A stretch of 64,000 bases of DNA from a virus, in the IMG/VR virus record IMGVR_UViG_3300008255_000132, positions 7,990 through 71,989 of that record; one strand, 5' to 3'. Of the stretch, positions 11,056-21,662 are shown piece after piece. A model generated the notes under the pieces. That model searched no databases. It saw nothing but the letters and a program-made list of their open reading frames with translations, and was not told the origin of the DNA. Both the position numbers and the translations under genes were made by a program. Each line of letters starts with the position of its first letter. Position 1 is the stretch's first letter.

Positions 11056-11607
11056 ATGATCCCTGACCAAGTATCCGTCTTGCACGCTACATTCAAGGGG
11101 CGATTACGCATCTACAAGAGCGCGACCTGCCCTAGTCTTGATCAAGGCTGGCCGACACCGGTTCTGGATAAGCCCAACCTGGTCGTTGATACGGCTCAGG
11201 ATATGGTCTTAGGCTTGCTCAAGCGTCAGTTTACGGACTACGCGCCGGCCTATATCGTTTTAGGTTCTGGAGGTGATCTCGAGCAGGTCTCGAAACAAGA
11301 CTTCGGCGCTCGTGTAGCCCCTGCGGTATCTGACACATCGGTACGGGCTGTCGTGGCCAGGCTTCCCATTATCCAGATCACGCCGGACCCTGATGATGAG
11401 ACTAGCTGGGATTACATCACCATTGCCCGGCCTCACGAAGCTAACACCACCGCCCTTAACGAGTTGGGTTTAGAGACGGCGAACAATACTCTGATCTCCC
11501 ATGTCGTCACAGATCCCGAATCTGGTCAGGTTCGGGCCCAGAAGTTTGTCAAGAGTAGCCTCGAATACCTCGTGGTCCGATGGACCATGACCTTCACTCT
11601 GAGTTGA
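11056..11607 (+). CDS. Tail-collar/baseplate fibre-attachment protein (DUF3751-like)
   Basis: Pattern NLVVD..YIVLGSGG..EAN..LNELGL..K..LVVRWTMTF, typical of this small phage baseplate family. Confidence 0.6.
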   Translation: MIPDQVSVLHATFKGRLRIYKSATCPSLDQGWPTPVLDKPNLVVDTAQDMVLGLLKRQFTDYAPAYIVLGSGGDLEQVSKQDFGARVAPAVSDTSVRAVVARLPIIQITPDPDDETSWDYITIARPHEANTTALNELGLETANNTLISHVVTDPESGQVRAQKFVKSSLEYLVVRWTMTFTLS

Positions 11608-13949
11608 TGAGCCAGTCGATCACCACGGCATACCACGCGCTCGATACGTCGAAGCAGCATAATAAGCGCTACAATGGCGTGATCCGGCCTGGGGTCTATG
11701 CGGGGTATTGGGCTCGCGCCAACGTGGGTCAACCCAATCTGATTGACCTAACCCTAGGTGCTGATACCAGCAGCGTGCTAGTCACATCTGAGGGTGTACG
11801 CATTGAGGAGACGTCCCCTCTATTTGCGGTAGCCGCTGTAGCAGCCGCTGATTCCAGCTTGACCAGGATTGATCTCCTCGTGGCTGAGTATCAATACACG
11901 ACTGACACCACGATCGAGCAGAGCTACAAGCTGATCAAGGGGAAGAACCAGACCAATCTGAGCGCGGACCCAATCCGGCCTATGGTCTCGAACCAGTTCC
12001 AGGTCCCACTAGCCTGGATTATGGTCCGACCACAGCAGGCCACCGGTGGTTCAGTCCAGGCCAAAGTCTTGAGTACAGACATTATCCACGTGCCTAAGGC
12101 GGCGTGGGCGGCTGCGCCAGCTGATCTCTCTGGTCTCAAACCTGTGATTGATCCCAACGACTCTCGGCGCGTGTTTGTGCACGAAGGCGTAATGCCCAAC
12201 GTGGACGGGACTCGTGTGATCTCGTTCACGGGCGGGTATAGCGGTGTGATAGATGCTGTTAACCTCGACGACCTCGAGCAGCGTTGGTACACGATTGGTG
12301 TTGATGATCAGGGTGATGTCGAGGTGCTTGGTGATGCGGCGACACGCGCTGCACTACCGGAGCTAACCAGTGCTAGCATCCCGGTGGCGCATGTTCGCGG
12401 TCAGAAGATCGGTGGCCAGCTTCAGCTGCTTGAGCTCATCGACATTCGTCTTACGTTTAGTCGTCAATTATCGCAGGAGCAGGAGAGCTACACATATCGT
12501 GATCTTCTGGCTGGCTCTGTGTTCCGCTACCTGCGTGTCGAAAAGTTTGTCGACGACGCCCTGATCAATCTCGATACGGTCCAGTTTGCCGCATCTGGGT
12601 CATCTGACGACCTGATGGCCGAGATCGATAGCTCGAATACGAGCCTGACCCTGGTCTGGAGCGGGGCGACGTCGGTCCCGACCGAGGAGGTGTCAATCGT
12701 GACCGGTAACCTGCTGAGTGCCACCACAATTAGCCGTGTTGAACACTTCATGCTGGCTGTAGACGCTAGTTTCGACAATCTCGAGTTCCGTTACAGCACG
12801 AGTTCGGCTACCTCCGGGTTCAGTACGACGCGTCACAGCCCGAGGGAGATCGTTCGGATCCAATTTAACGGGGCTACCAAGCTCTTCATCAAGTTCTTGG
12901 TCCCGGTCTCCGGATTCGTGTCTGGTAAGGCGCGTCTGTTTAGTTACGGAGCCCTAATCAACCTCAGTGGTGGCGTAGCCAACGCACAGACTTTGGGTGA
13001 TCTTGGGTTGCTCGCGCTCCCGAACTCGGTCAACAACTTGATTGCCAATGGGTCGTTTTATTACTGGAGTCGGCAGCTAGCTAACGGCACCGTACCCGAC
13101 CTCACTAGCCAGGACGATCTGATATTCAGCCTCAGCTCGGGTGATGACTACCCGCTGGTCGCCGATGGTTGGCAAATGACCAAGTTCCAGAACCCGATGG
13201 CCGGCGAGGCTGCGTCCAGGGTGACGCGTGACCAAGGTGACGGTACCGTAGCTACTGCGCTCGAGCTAATCACAGCTGCTGCGACGTCAGCAGGTTCTGT
13301 TAGTGTGATGGAGTACAGGATACCGGTTGGTGCGGAGATCCAGGGTCAGTACTTGACTTTCGCGATTGGGTTCGAGACAACCACGCCACAAGCCCTAGGC
13401 TTCGGCATCGCCCAGTACTCAAGGTCATCAAGCGGGCTTGTGCTCAAGACTAAGGACGAGGCCTTTGCCCAGACAGCATCCGGCGAGACTTATGTGAAGT
13501 CATCGACCGCGATTGGTCCGGATACGGATCAGATCAGTTTTTATGTGATCATGATCGCTAGCACGAGCGATGTTACGCATAGGCTCTGGGACGCGCGGGC
13601 GGCTGTCGGTGAGTTCTCGGTGCTACCTATGCTCAAGGTGCTCGACGCGCCTGGTGTCCTGCGGCAGTATTACGAACGTGGTCGCATCTTCTCAGCCCAA
13701 AATGTAGTTGAGAATACGCAGGTAGGACAAGCCCAGCAGTTTGGGACACCGAAGGCCGGCTCCTTGGGCGTTATTGTTGGTCGCACGGTTCCGGGCCCTA
13801 GTACGAACCGATCGAGTAATGTAGGCGATCTTATTTATTCCGCGGACCGTCATGGTCTGCTCGTCACCGCGAGTGCTAGCTCAGCTGGTATCGTTACTAT
13901 AGACGCCGACTGGGAGAGCTTCGTCAAGTTTGAGGCCAGTGTTCAATGA
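11607..13949 (+). CDS. Minor tail/baseplate protein with carbohydrate-binding-like module
   Basis: ATG at 11607 overlaps the upstream TGA (TGATG). AADSSLTRIDLLV and ..YKLIKG..VPLAWI tail-protein motifs; NNLIANGSF..DGW CBM-like start in the C-terminal half. Confidence 0.6.
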   Translation: MSQSITTAYHALDTSKQHNKRYNGVIRPGVYAGYWARANVGQPNLIDLTLGADTSSVLVTSEGVRIEETSPLFAVAAVAAADSSLTRIDLLVAEYQYTTDTTIEQSYKLIKGKNQTNLSADPIRPMVSNQFQVPLAWIMVRPQQATGGSVQAKVLSTDIIHVPKAAWAAAPADLSGLKPVIDPNDSRRVFVHEGVMPNVDGTRVISFTGGYSGVIDAVNLDDLEQRWYTIGVDDQGDVEVLGDAATRAALPELTSASIPVAHVRGQKIGGQLQLLELIDIRLTFSRQLSQEQESYTYRDLLAGSVFRYLRVEKFVDDALINLDTVQFAASGSSDDLMAEIDSSNTSLTLVWSGATSVPTEEVSIVTGNLLSATTISRVEHFMLAVDASFDNLEFRYSTSSATSGFSTTRHSPREIVRIQFNGATKLFIKFLVPVSGFVSGKARLFSYGALINLSGGVANAQTLGDLGLLALPNSVNNLIANGSFYYWSRQLANGTVPDLTSQDDLIFSLSSGDDYPLVADGWQMTKFQNPMAGEAASRVTRDQGDGTVATALELITAAATSAGSVSVMEYRIPVGAEIQGQYLTFAIGFETTTPQALGFGIAQYSRSSSGLVLKTKDEAFAQTASGETYVKSSTAIGPDTDQISFYVIMIASTSDVTHRLWDARAAVGEFSVLPMLKVLDAPGVLRQYYERGRIFSAQNVVENTQVGQAQQFGTPKAGSLGVIVGRTVPGPSTNRSSNVGDLIYSADRHGLLVTASASSAGIVTIDADWESFVKFEASVQ

Positions 13950-14593
13950 GTCAAGTTACGCCTGTGCGCTCCGGGACTGCAATTATTAGTAACGTCTACG
14001 AGAAGACGGCTACTGATGGGGATGTGACTAACTTTCTAGGGGCTAATGCCGGCCTCCAGCAGCTTTTTAGAGCTACGGAGGATACAACCAGTCCTGTAGC
14101 GCATAGTTATGGCATTGAGGTCGCATCAGCGCCGTCGGTCACCGACGGCTACGGCAATGTTCTTAAGACTTATGACTTCGATCTCGATTTCAGCTATTTG
14201 GTCGGTGCCCACCAGCTCCTGGTCGCATTAAAGGCGCGTTTTGGCGTCAGTAATCCTGACCAACAGCCAGCCTACGCGTACGCACTAGTACCTAATAAGT
14301 CGGTCAAGGACACGGACCCCACATTCTCTGAAGAGGAGACTTGGTTCGAGGAAATCGACTCAAGCACTGTACGAGTGCACAATCTTCGGTCTGATCGGGT
14401 TATCCTGTGCCTAGTACCGCACACGGCGGTGGCGGCAGTCAGCAAGGAAAAGATCACTGTCAAGAATCAGGGCAACAACGAAGGGGTTGAGCTTGAGGGG
14501 CCGGGTGATGGTGTGCTCATGCGCAGTCCAAACGGCAGTCGGTGGTTGTTGCGGGCGTCGGATGGCGGCACAGTCACCATGGATCCACGCTGA
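13946..14593 (+). CDS. Putative virion structural protein
   Basis: 215 aa, ATGA overlap. C-terminal GVLMRSPNGSRWLLRASDGG hairpin motif of the type seen in phage fibre proteins. Confidence 0.5.
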   Translation: MSQVTPVRSGTAIISNVYEKTATDGDVTNFLGANAGLQQLFRATEDTTSPVAHSYGIEVASAPSVTDGYGNVLKTYDFDLDFSYLVGAHQLLVALKARFGVSNPDQQPAYAYALVPNKSVKDTDPTFSEEETWFEEIDSSTVRVHNLRSDRVILCLVPHTAVAAVSKEKITVKNQGNNEGVELEGPGDGVLMRSPNGSRWLLRASDGGTVTMDPR

Positions 14594-14693
14594 ATCGTGT
14601 GTAATGGCGTTATTTATGCGGTGTACAATCATTAATAACAGCCGTATGTATCGGATCTGTGTTGCTGCGCGACTCGTCATCGCGCCTATCCTC

Positions 14694-14951
14694 ATGTTGA
14701 ATCTAGTATCCGGCGTTGTGCTTTCGAATTCGATGCAGGCCGGTGCTGATGTCCAGGCTACGCCTAGCGGCATTTATATCCCGCTATCGATCTATGTCTC
14801 ATCGTTGCTTGCTGTGGCTATCGCGACCTGGACCGTGGCGCGTTACGACATGTCAAGGATTCGTCGCATGGAGATGCTTGAGTCCACGTTGCTAGCCATC
14901 CAGGCCGAGCTCCGGAGTTCCCGGGAGCCCAACTCTGAGGTTAAGTCATAA
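14694..14951 (+). CDS. Small membrane protein (holin-like candidate)
   Basis: Hydrophobic helix IYIPLSIYVSSLLAVAIATWTVA followed by a charged coiled-coil. Start uncertain; ATG 14694 follows an AT-rich gap. Confidence 0.45.
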   Translation: MLNLVSGVVLSNSMQAGADVQATPSGIYIPLSIYVSSLLAVAIATWTVARYDMSRIRRMEMLESTLLAIQAELRSSREPNSEVKS

Positions 14952-14995
14952 ATACGACGCTATTTTTAGCAGGTCTAATCAGCGGCCTAGAGAAG

Positions 14996-15274
14996 GTGTC
15001 GGCGCGTATCCGGCGTATGCCGACTATGGCCGTGCTTGAGGCTAATCGCGTCCGTCTCACGCCAGGAGAGCGCGCGGCTGCCCTGGAACGAGGGGCGGTC
15101 ATGCGCTACCCGTGGCGCGGTGATAGGTTTATTAGGGACGCCGCAGTATGGAAGTCGGTCACGCCTGATGGTAAGACTTGGTACGTGACCAACACGTCCA
15201 AGTCACACCAGGCCCGGCCAACGCTTCGCGGTGCTATTAGCGTCTATAACTCAGAGGCCAAAGGGCCGTCATGA
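14996..15274 (+). CDS. Hypothetical basic phage protein
   Basis: 92 aa, fills the gap and overlaps the next start (ATGA). Motif AVWKS..GKTWYVTNT..RPTLRGAI. Confidence 0.55.
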   Translation: MSARIRRMPTMAVLEANRVRLTPGERAAALERGAVMRYPWRGDRFIRDAAVWKSVTPDGKTWYVTNTSKSHQARPTLRGAISVYNSEAKGPS

Positions 15275-16356
15275 GCCGCGGATTTACCAGCACGTACCAG
15301 GCTGTAAACCTGATCCGTAACGGGAATCTCGATATGGTCGAGACGCGTGAGGACGGGACTAAGGACGCGCACTTCTGGCATATGACCGACTTGAGCCAAG
15401 TCGAGTCACAGACCACGGTGGTTGATAACATGCTTGAGTTGGTGCAGGTTGAGCCGGGTGTGGCGCCAGCCAACCGGTTCCGGATTCAGCTCGCGGCAAG
15501 TAAGGCGGCTCTGTTGTACCAGGACCTGCGCCGATCAGCTTCGACCCACGTTATGGATTTTCAGGTTCCATTGACACCAGGCTTGCGCTCATCGCTTGCA
15601 TCAGGCTACCTCTCTACCGAGACTCACACGCTACCCGCCGCTAATTACACGCTAGCATTTTCTATGCGTGTTACCCAAGGCGAGGTGCGCATCAATGCAG
15701 CAACCTGGGACCTACACGGGGTGCGCACTGTGCCTACCTATATGCCTGGTGGCGGTGAAGTGGTGGCTGGTCCAGGGTCATCCTGGAAGCGCAGCGTGTT
15801 AACGTTTACGACCGATCAAGGCCTAGGCCAGGTCGGTCTCGAGCTCAGGCGCGTTGCTGGTCAGGATCTTACTGTGGTTGAGATAGGCCTCGTAGCGCTG
15901 GCCCTGGGCCGGTACCGGAGCTTGCCGTACACTGGTGATCCGCTGGTTGGTGCGCTGCCAGTCGGTGCTATTATATTAAGCCTGGGTCAGGCCTGTCCAC
16001 CGGGTTTTGTCGAGCTCGGCGAGGGGGGTCTAGAGCCGCTTAGCGACTGGACCAGTGACGAGCCCGCTGTAAAGGCGCGCAAAGGTAATTACCCACGTTC
16101 CGGTAGCGAACAAGTGGGCACAACGACCCACGGTGTAGATCAGCTCGAGTTAGCCCCTGGTCAGACTGACGCGCTAAGCTTCTACGGGCCTGATAGTAAA
16201 ACGGCGAAGGACGCTAACTTGGTGGATATGGGGTTTGCCAACCCCGCGGTGGATAAGCCCGGAGGCCCCCAGGGAGCTCCGCTACACGAGCACTCGATGG
16301 AGGCGGCCGGAACCCGGCCCGTGAGTCGCAGTTATCTATTCTGCAAACGAATCTGA
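15271..16356 (+). CDS. Tail fibre protein with collar domain (paralog 1)
   Basis: NLIRNGN CBM-like N-terminus; collar motif LPVGAIILSLGQACPPGF; HEH; C-terminal PVSRSYLFCKRI. Confidence 0.7.
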   Translation: MSRGFTSTYQAVNLIRNGNLDMVETREDGTKDAHFWHMTDLSQVESQTTVVDNMLELVQVEPGVAPANRFRIQLAASKAALLYQDLRRSASTHVMDFQVPLTPGLRSSLASGYLSTETHTLPAANYTLAFSMRVTQGEVRINAATWDLHGVRTVPTYMPGGGEVVAGPGSSWKRSVLTFTTDQGLGQVGLELRRVAGQDLTVVEIGLVALALGRYRSLPYTGDPLVGALPVGAIILSLGQACPPGFVELGEGGLEPLSDWTSDEPAVKARKGNYPRSGSEQVGTTTHGVDQLELAPGQTDALSFYGPDSKTAKDANLVDMGFANPAVDKPGGPQGAPLHEHSMEAAGTRPVSRSYLFCKRI

Positions 16357-19300
16357 TGCGTATCAGTACGATGGGCCAGAGCCATACGCTGAATCTGTTG
16401 AGAAACGGGGCGTTATCTCGCGGCAGCGCCTATTGGTGGGGCAGCTATTTGCGCCACAAGCGTATTGGTGGGTCGCAGGGCCAGGGTACAGTCAATGCGC
16501 CGGAGTACGGCCTTGAGGTGTTCCGTGCGGCTGATACCAGCTATCCAAGTACAGTCACGGCGGGTGCTCACCAGTGGTTGGATCGACCGGATCTATTTAC
16601 GTACCCAAGCCGGCGCGTGATCAGCGGCCTTTTGGTCAGCCCCTTTGCTCCGGATAGAGCTATGTTACAGGTCCTGCAAGGCTTGACGGCGGTCGACGGT
16701 GCCGTGCTAGCGGCTAAGCCGGCCCCGGTTGGTGCTTTGACCTATGTGGATCTATTCCAGCACCCTTTCGTGCATTTGGACACAGACCAGACCCGTGTCA
16801 ATATCGCGGCCGGGAGTACGCTGCCGCTAACCGACAATAACCAGGCCGGAGCAAGCGGGCTGTACCGGGTCGGTGCGTTGCTCGAGAATCGCAGTGGTAC
16901 GGCTATGGACACGCCTTACGACTTTGGTGCGCCAAATGTGAACCAGTACAGCTACCACGGGCTTGAGATCAGCCCGCTCGGTAGCGCGGGTTACGAGCCG
17001 CTAATTACGGAGCAGACCTGGGGGGTTGTCAGTACCTGGGTCACGGTTACTGATGGTGTGGTTACGGTCACGATCCAAGCAGCCAAAGCAGTGATCGAGG
17101 CTTTGGTTAGGCCGCAGCCCGGCTCATCCGGGATCCAGGTTGGTGACGTGTTCACCATGGTGGCGCCGTCACTGCTCTCAGGTTCCATTGTTAGCGTATC
17201 GGTACTGGCGACCCAAACCACCGTGGTCTTGATTCCGCTTACTAACTATGGCCAGGTCGTAATCGAGCCGTTCTCGTCTGATATAAATCCGGAACAGTGG
17301 GCGATATACACGACATCTACGGCCACTGTGACCAGGACCTTGCCGCTCTATTCATATGACTTCACATTAGGCTACACTTGTCGGATCAACGCTGGCTACG
17401 GCGTACCAGGCGGGTCCGCCATGTCATTCCACGTCCTTGACGGCGACGCTGTGGAGGGTATGGGGCGAGTCAGCACCACAGTACCGCGTGTCATAGGTCA
17501 AACTAAGGTAGTGAACCTGATTGCAGACCAAGACACGGTAGACGGGGCCTGGCAGCGCAGACTGGAACGTCACGTACGGGAATCAGCGGCTCCGATTGAG
17601 GGCCGGCTTGAGCTTTGCATTGAGCCGCCGGCGGGCTCGATCGACGATTACCCAACGCCACTATCGTCGTTACCAAATGCCGTGTTCTGGGCTTGGTTTA
17701 CGGAGGCCACTGGATCTAATCCGGACCTTAACGACCCACCGGGTACCGTGGACCAGGTTCCGCATTTCAAGATTGAGTGCCCATACGACATTAACAACCC
17801 ACCGCAGCTGATCGAGTGGTCATCGGGTTTCAAGACGTTTTCGATTACAACATTCGGTGACCCAACTGAGCTTTATGACTTCTACACATGGATCCCGCCA
17901 CTACTGCAATTACCGAGCTTCACGATAGCCGCTGCTAAGCTTCAGGCTGGCCTATTTTCGATCTATGTGGAGTGGGACGTGGACACATTTGGCCCACTAC
18001 CATCCATGGACGGGTTTCACGTAGGCTGGCTAGATGAGTTCACTGCCACCTGGGGGTTCAACATCAAGGGTCTGAAGGGGTCCGGCGGTCGATCATTGAT
18101 CAGCGACATTTACCTAGCACACGGCGACTTGGCACAGCGCATGGAACAGCGCGATGATATATCTACCCCAGTCACCGGGCCGTTGACCAACACGGTCTCG
18201 ATCGATCCGCTGCGTCAAGGCATTGATCTAGTTGACCACGTGCTTCCGCCTGGGACTGTCATGCTCTATGCTGGAGGCGGTACGTGTCCTCCGGGCTTCA
18301 AACGGGTTGAAGGGTTTCCAGGTGTAGCGCTACCAGGGATTGGGGCGGCGGCGGCGCTCGCTTTAGACCAAGCTACAGTGACCTACCTGGCAGCCCAGGA
18401 CCGAACCCGGTTCTTGTGGGTTGGCACGGACTTTCCACTGCTCGATGAAAACGGACTCCAGGTCCAGATACCGGAGCTGGCTTTATCCGTGAGCAAGCCT
18501 ATTCCAGGATTCCCCGAATCAAGTGAGGAGGTCGCGTTTGCTCCTGTACAGCAGGTGGTGCAGCCTGGTATGTCGCTGCGGATCCCAGACTTCTTGATTG
18601 ACCCAGCGATTCTCGCCTCTGACCAGCTCTTCACGACGCAGACTGCCGGCAGTATGTTAGGTCTACCCAGCTCCAGCTCAGTCGACATTCTCCGACCCAA
18701 GGAGCCGTTGTTCAAGCGCATGGCTCTCGAGATCTGGTGGCGTCCCACATCTGGTCTGGTCCAAAACAGCGAGGCTGCGATCAGCTGGCTATTCCGTAAG
18801 GCTAAGAATATCGGCAGTGATGTGGTCGGCTGGGGCGCCGGTTTCAGAAATGACGTGCCTAGTTTTAAGAAGCTGACCTGGAGAATTCAAACAAACGGGT
18901 CTCTTGGTTTCCGCAACGACGAGTACACGACATTCTCTGAGGTATTTACAACGGACGGCGGCTCTGGTAACATGCTCCACCTATTGATTGAGTTCGGTGT
19001 CCCGAGCTCGGGTACGGCAGGTGCGCCAGGCGCTGGCGGGACCGCAGATTTGCGGATACTGCTGAGCAATACGGATATTTACGCGCTGGTCGATGAGGCT
19101 CACAACTTTGGTGTAAACCAGGCTGGTGGTGACCTGACACCCGGAGCTCTGCTCCGTATCGGGGAGACGCCGGATGTGGGTGCTGACAGTTCTGGTTATA
19201 TCAATGTACCGTTTGGCGCTATTGTAGATAACTTCCGACTATTCGAGCTTGATAGCGCGCCCCTGACGTCTGATGACAGGGTTGCGCTCTGGAACGGTGG

Positions 19301-20537
19301 CAAAGGCCTCTCAGTAGTGCCTATCAACCTACAGAGCCGACTCATCACGGAGCTCCGCTTAGATGAGGGTTTTGGGACTGTGGCGTCGGACACAGCGCCT
19401 GTTAGCTGGACTACGCCGGCTACTGTTATCGGATCAGCAACGTGGCTGGCTGGTTATATCCAGGCCCAAGGTGGTTCGGATTTCGATGCTGATGACTATC
19501 GAGCCCCATTCGAAGACAAGGATCGCAGTTATCTTGTGACGCGGGTCGAGTCAGTGCTTAACGAGGCCGAGGGCGTGTTTGAGTCTGGGACCCCCTACAC
19601 AGCCACCAACAACGGGCCGGGCAACGGGCAGGGCACGGTACTATACCCGTTCGCTGTAGCAGATAGTGAGCTGATGGCGTCTGATATCAACGAGCCGGTG
19701 CTTGGTCCGGGCTTCGCAGGCCAGACTGAGACCTTTGCTGACGGTACTGCCATGAACGTGATGTTCTGGCTCGCTAAATTCTTCAAGGGGTTGGTGCAGA
19801 ATGTTCAAACGTTCATTCCTATTTTGACTACGACACCACCAGACTGGGCGCCCCAGGTAGGTGATGTCTACTTTATTGATTGGTACAATACAGATACCCC
19901 AACGATTCATAGTGGCCACTTTCTGGCACGGGTCACAGATATCAATTACGAGCCGGCCTCTGGTTACGGAAACGGATACAGATATACGTTTGAGCGCTAC
20001 GATGGACGTCATATCGAGCTTTCAGCCGCGGAGTACGCCCTGCTACAATGGGGGTCCGCTAGTGGCGGCCATAAGGGTCAGATTAGAATCCGACCTGCCA
20101 AGCTATTCGGGGTGGGGCATCATGTCGTGGATACAAGCACAGGTAGTATCATTCCACAAGGCGTGGTGCGGCACTCAGTTGCTTACAATGGGGTCAAGTA
20201 CTGGGTCGTGCGCAAGCTTATCAATGACCTATTGGTCGAGGTTCAGGGCCGCGCGCCGATCCCAGATGGTCTCGAGGCCGTGCGTGTCGAGGCTACCGGA
20301 TACTTGCGTTACGACGACCCACTCGACACCATGGACTACGGAGCTGGAGGGCATAGCCATCGTATAGGGCAGCCCTTGACTGCCGCTGATGATCTTATCC
20401 CTAGGATCTCCGAGACTGGGGCGCTGAAGCTGGCGCCTTACGTGTCTATGGCCCAGAACCATGATCACGGATTTCTGAGCCAGTATAGGTTCCCACTACC
20501 AGAGTTCCGTATCCTCACCGCCTGCCTCAAGCTCTAG
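16356..20537 (+). CDS. Large tail fibre protein with collar domain and inserted LamG-like domain (paralog 2)
   Basis: NLLRNGA N-terminus; LPPGTVMLYAGGGTCPPGF; LamG-like segment (LEIWWRP..VDNFRLF..LWNGG..LDEGFGTVASD); HSH and HDH; C-terminal LPEFRILTACLKL. Confidence 0.7.
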   Translation: MRISTMGQSHTLNLLRNGALSRGSAYWWGSYLRHKRIGGSQGQGTVNAPEYGLEVFRAADTSYPSTVTAGAHQWLDRPDLFTYPSRRVISGLLVSPFAPDRAMLQVLQGLTAVDGAVLAAKPAPVGALTYVDLFQHPFVHLDTDQTRVNIAAGSTLPLTDNNQAGASGLYRVGALLENRSGTAMDTPYDFGAPNVNQYSYHGLEISPLGSAGYEPLITEQTWGVVSTWVTVTDGVVTVTIQAAKAVIEALVRPQPGSSGIQVGDVFTMVAPSLLSGSIVSVSVLATQTTVVLIPLTNYGQVVIEPFSSDINPEQWAIYTTSTATVTRTLPLYSYDFTLGYTCRINAGYGVPGGSAMSFHVLDGDAVEGMGRVSTTVPRVIGQTKVVNLIADQDTVDGAWQRRLERHVRESAAPIEGRLELCIEPPAGSIDDYPTPLSSLPNAVFWAWFTEATGSNPDLNDPPGTVDQVPHFKIECPYDINNPPQLIEWSSGFKTFSITTFGDPTELYDFYTWIPPLLQLPSFTIAAAKLQAGLFSIYVEWDVDTFGPLPSMDGFHVGWLDEFTATWGFNIKGLKGSGGRSLISDIYLAHGDLAQRMEQRDDISTPVTGPLTNTVSIDPLRQGIDLVDHVLPPGTVMLYAGGGTCPPGFKRVEGFPGVALPGIGAAAALALDQATVTYLAAQDRTRFLWVGTDFPLLDENGLQVQIPELALSVSKPIPGFPESSEEVAFAPVQQVVQPGMSLRIPDFLIDPAILASDQLFTTQTAGSMLGLPSSSSVDILRPKEPLFKRMALEIWWRPTSGLVQNSEAAISWLFRKAKNIGSDVVGWGAGFRNDVPSFKKLTWRIQTNGSLGFRNDEYTTFSEVFTTDGGSGNMLHLLIEFGVPSSGTAGAPGAGGTADLRILLSNTDIYALVDEAHNFGVNQAGGDLTPGALLRIGETPDVGADSSGYINVPFGAIVDNFRLFELDSAPLTSDDRVALWNGGKGLSVVPINLQSRLITELRLDEGFGTVASDTAPVSWTTPATVIGSATWLAGYIQAQGGSDFDADDYRAPFEDKDRSYLVTRVESVLNEAEGVFESGTPYTATNNGPGNGQGTVLYPFAVADSELMASDINEPVLGPGFAGQTETFADGTAMNVMFWLAKFFKGLVQNVQTFIPILTTTPPDWAPQVGDVYFIDWYNTDTPTIHSGHFLARVTDINYEPASGYGNGYRYTFERYDGRHIELSAAEYALLQWGSASGGHKGQIRIRPAKLFGVGHHVVDTSTGSIIPQGVVRHSVAYNGVKYWVVRKLINDLLVEVQGRAPIPDGLEAVRVEATGYLRYDDPLDTMDYGAGGHSHRIGQPLTAADDLIPRISETGALKLAPYVSMAQNHDHGFLSQYRFPLPEFRILTACLKL

Positions 20538-20540
20538 GTC

Positions 20541-21662
20541 ATGGCTCTCCCCGACGTACCGGTACTGCACTTGCTTTCGGCCAGCGACCGAGGCCGCCTG
20601 AACGTGCTGCATAATGGGGGCTTCACAGCGTACCCGGCCGGGCTTGGGGTAGTCGAGGATACGCTCGAACTCCGCAAAGGAATTGGCACGACTGGCGTCT
20701 TGCGTTACGACCTGATTGATCAGCGTCTGTATCGAGCGGTATCCGCATCTTTCTCGATACCGGCGTCGAGTAGTGGTGAGCACGTGCTTGGGCACTGGGC
20801 CGTGTACGGCAGTGGTGGTTCGGTTGAGATCGCGCCCATCGATAGTGCGACTGGGGCTGCCTTGACCCCTATCGATGGTGGTAACCTCGCCCGTTTCTCC
20901 TTCACAGAGTCTGGAACCATCACACTGTCCCAACTCATTACGGACCCGGCTCCGCTACGGGGCGAGAATTTGAGCTTGACCTACACCGGCCGCAGCTTTG
21001 CGGGCACAGTCAAGGTCAATACCCGGGTCCTGGTCGACGGGGTTCAGGTCGGGGCTCTGCTCCAGCAGTCTCAAACTTTCGGAGCCTATCGCCGGCCGCA
21101 GTTTGATACAGCAATCCCAATCACTGCCAAGGTCATTGAGGTTCGATTTGAGCTTGAGGCAGGCCCGGGCGCGTCGGTTGGATTTTCAGGTATCGCCGGG
21201 TTTCCGGGGCCTACCGGACCATCAGCTAGTTACACACCTAGTATCGTGGACTTGACCATCCCGTCAGGTACAGTAATTCTATGGGAGGGTCTCGTGTGCC
21301 CAGCTGGGTATCGGCAGCTCCCTGGTAGCGATCAACGCATGATACTACTAACCGGTGGTCCGGCAAACATGCTGTCGGCATCTGGTGAGGCTATCTTCAT
21401 AGGGGGGCAGGATACACACGACCACCACCCGGAGGGCCCGGTTGACAGCCTTGAGACCCCGTTAGGTGCGACGCATGGCACCGACGTGCCAATCCCATTT
21501 GAGTCCCAGACGGCTGTGCACGGCGTGGCGTTCGGAACCCAGGATCAGTACCCGGGTGAGAAGCCCGTTATAGCCCTTGGTGTGAACCATACACACCAGA
21601 CTCGAACCTTGATGACAGCCGTCCCCCCGTGCTTCCCTGTCCGGTGTTGTGTGAAAATCTAG
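20541..21662 (+). CDS. Tail fibre protein with collar domain (paralog 3)
   Basis: NVLHNGGF N-terminus; IPSGTVILWEGLVCPAGY; HDHH and HTH; C-terminal PPCFPVRCCVKI. Confidence 0.7.
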   Translation: MALPDVPVLHLLSASDRGRLNVLHNGGFTAYPAGLGVVEDTLELRKGIGTTGVLRYDLIDQRLYRAVSASFSIPASSSGEHVLGHWAVYGSGGSVEIAPIDSATGAALTPIDGGNLARFSFTESGTITLSQLITDPAPLRGENLSLTYTGRSFAGTVKVNTRVLVDGVQVGALLQQSQTFGAYRRPQFDTAIPITAKVIEVRFELEAGPGASVGFSGIAGFPGPTGPSASYTPSIVDLTIPSGTVILWEGLVCPAGYRQLPGSDQRMILLTGGPANMLSASGEAIFIGGQDTHDHHPEGPVDSLETPLGATHGTDVPIPFESQTAVHGVAFGTQDQYPGEKPVIALGVNHTHQTRTLMTAVPPCFPVRCCVKI

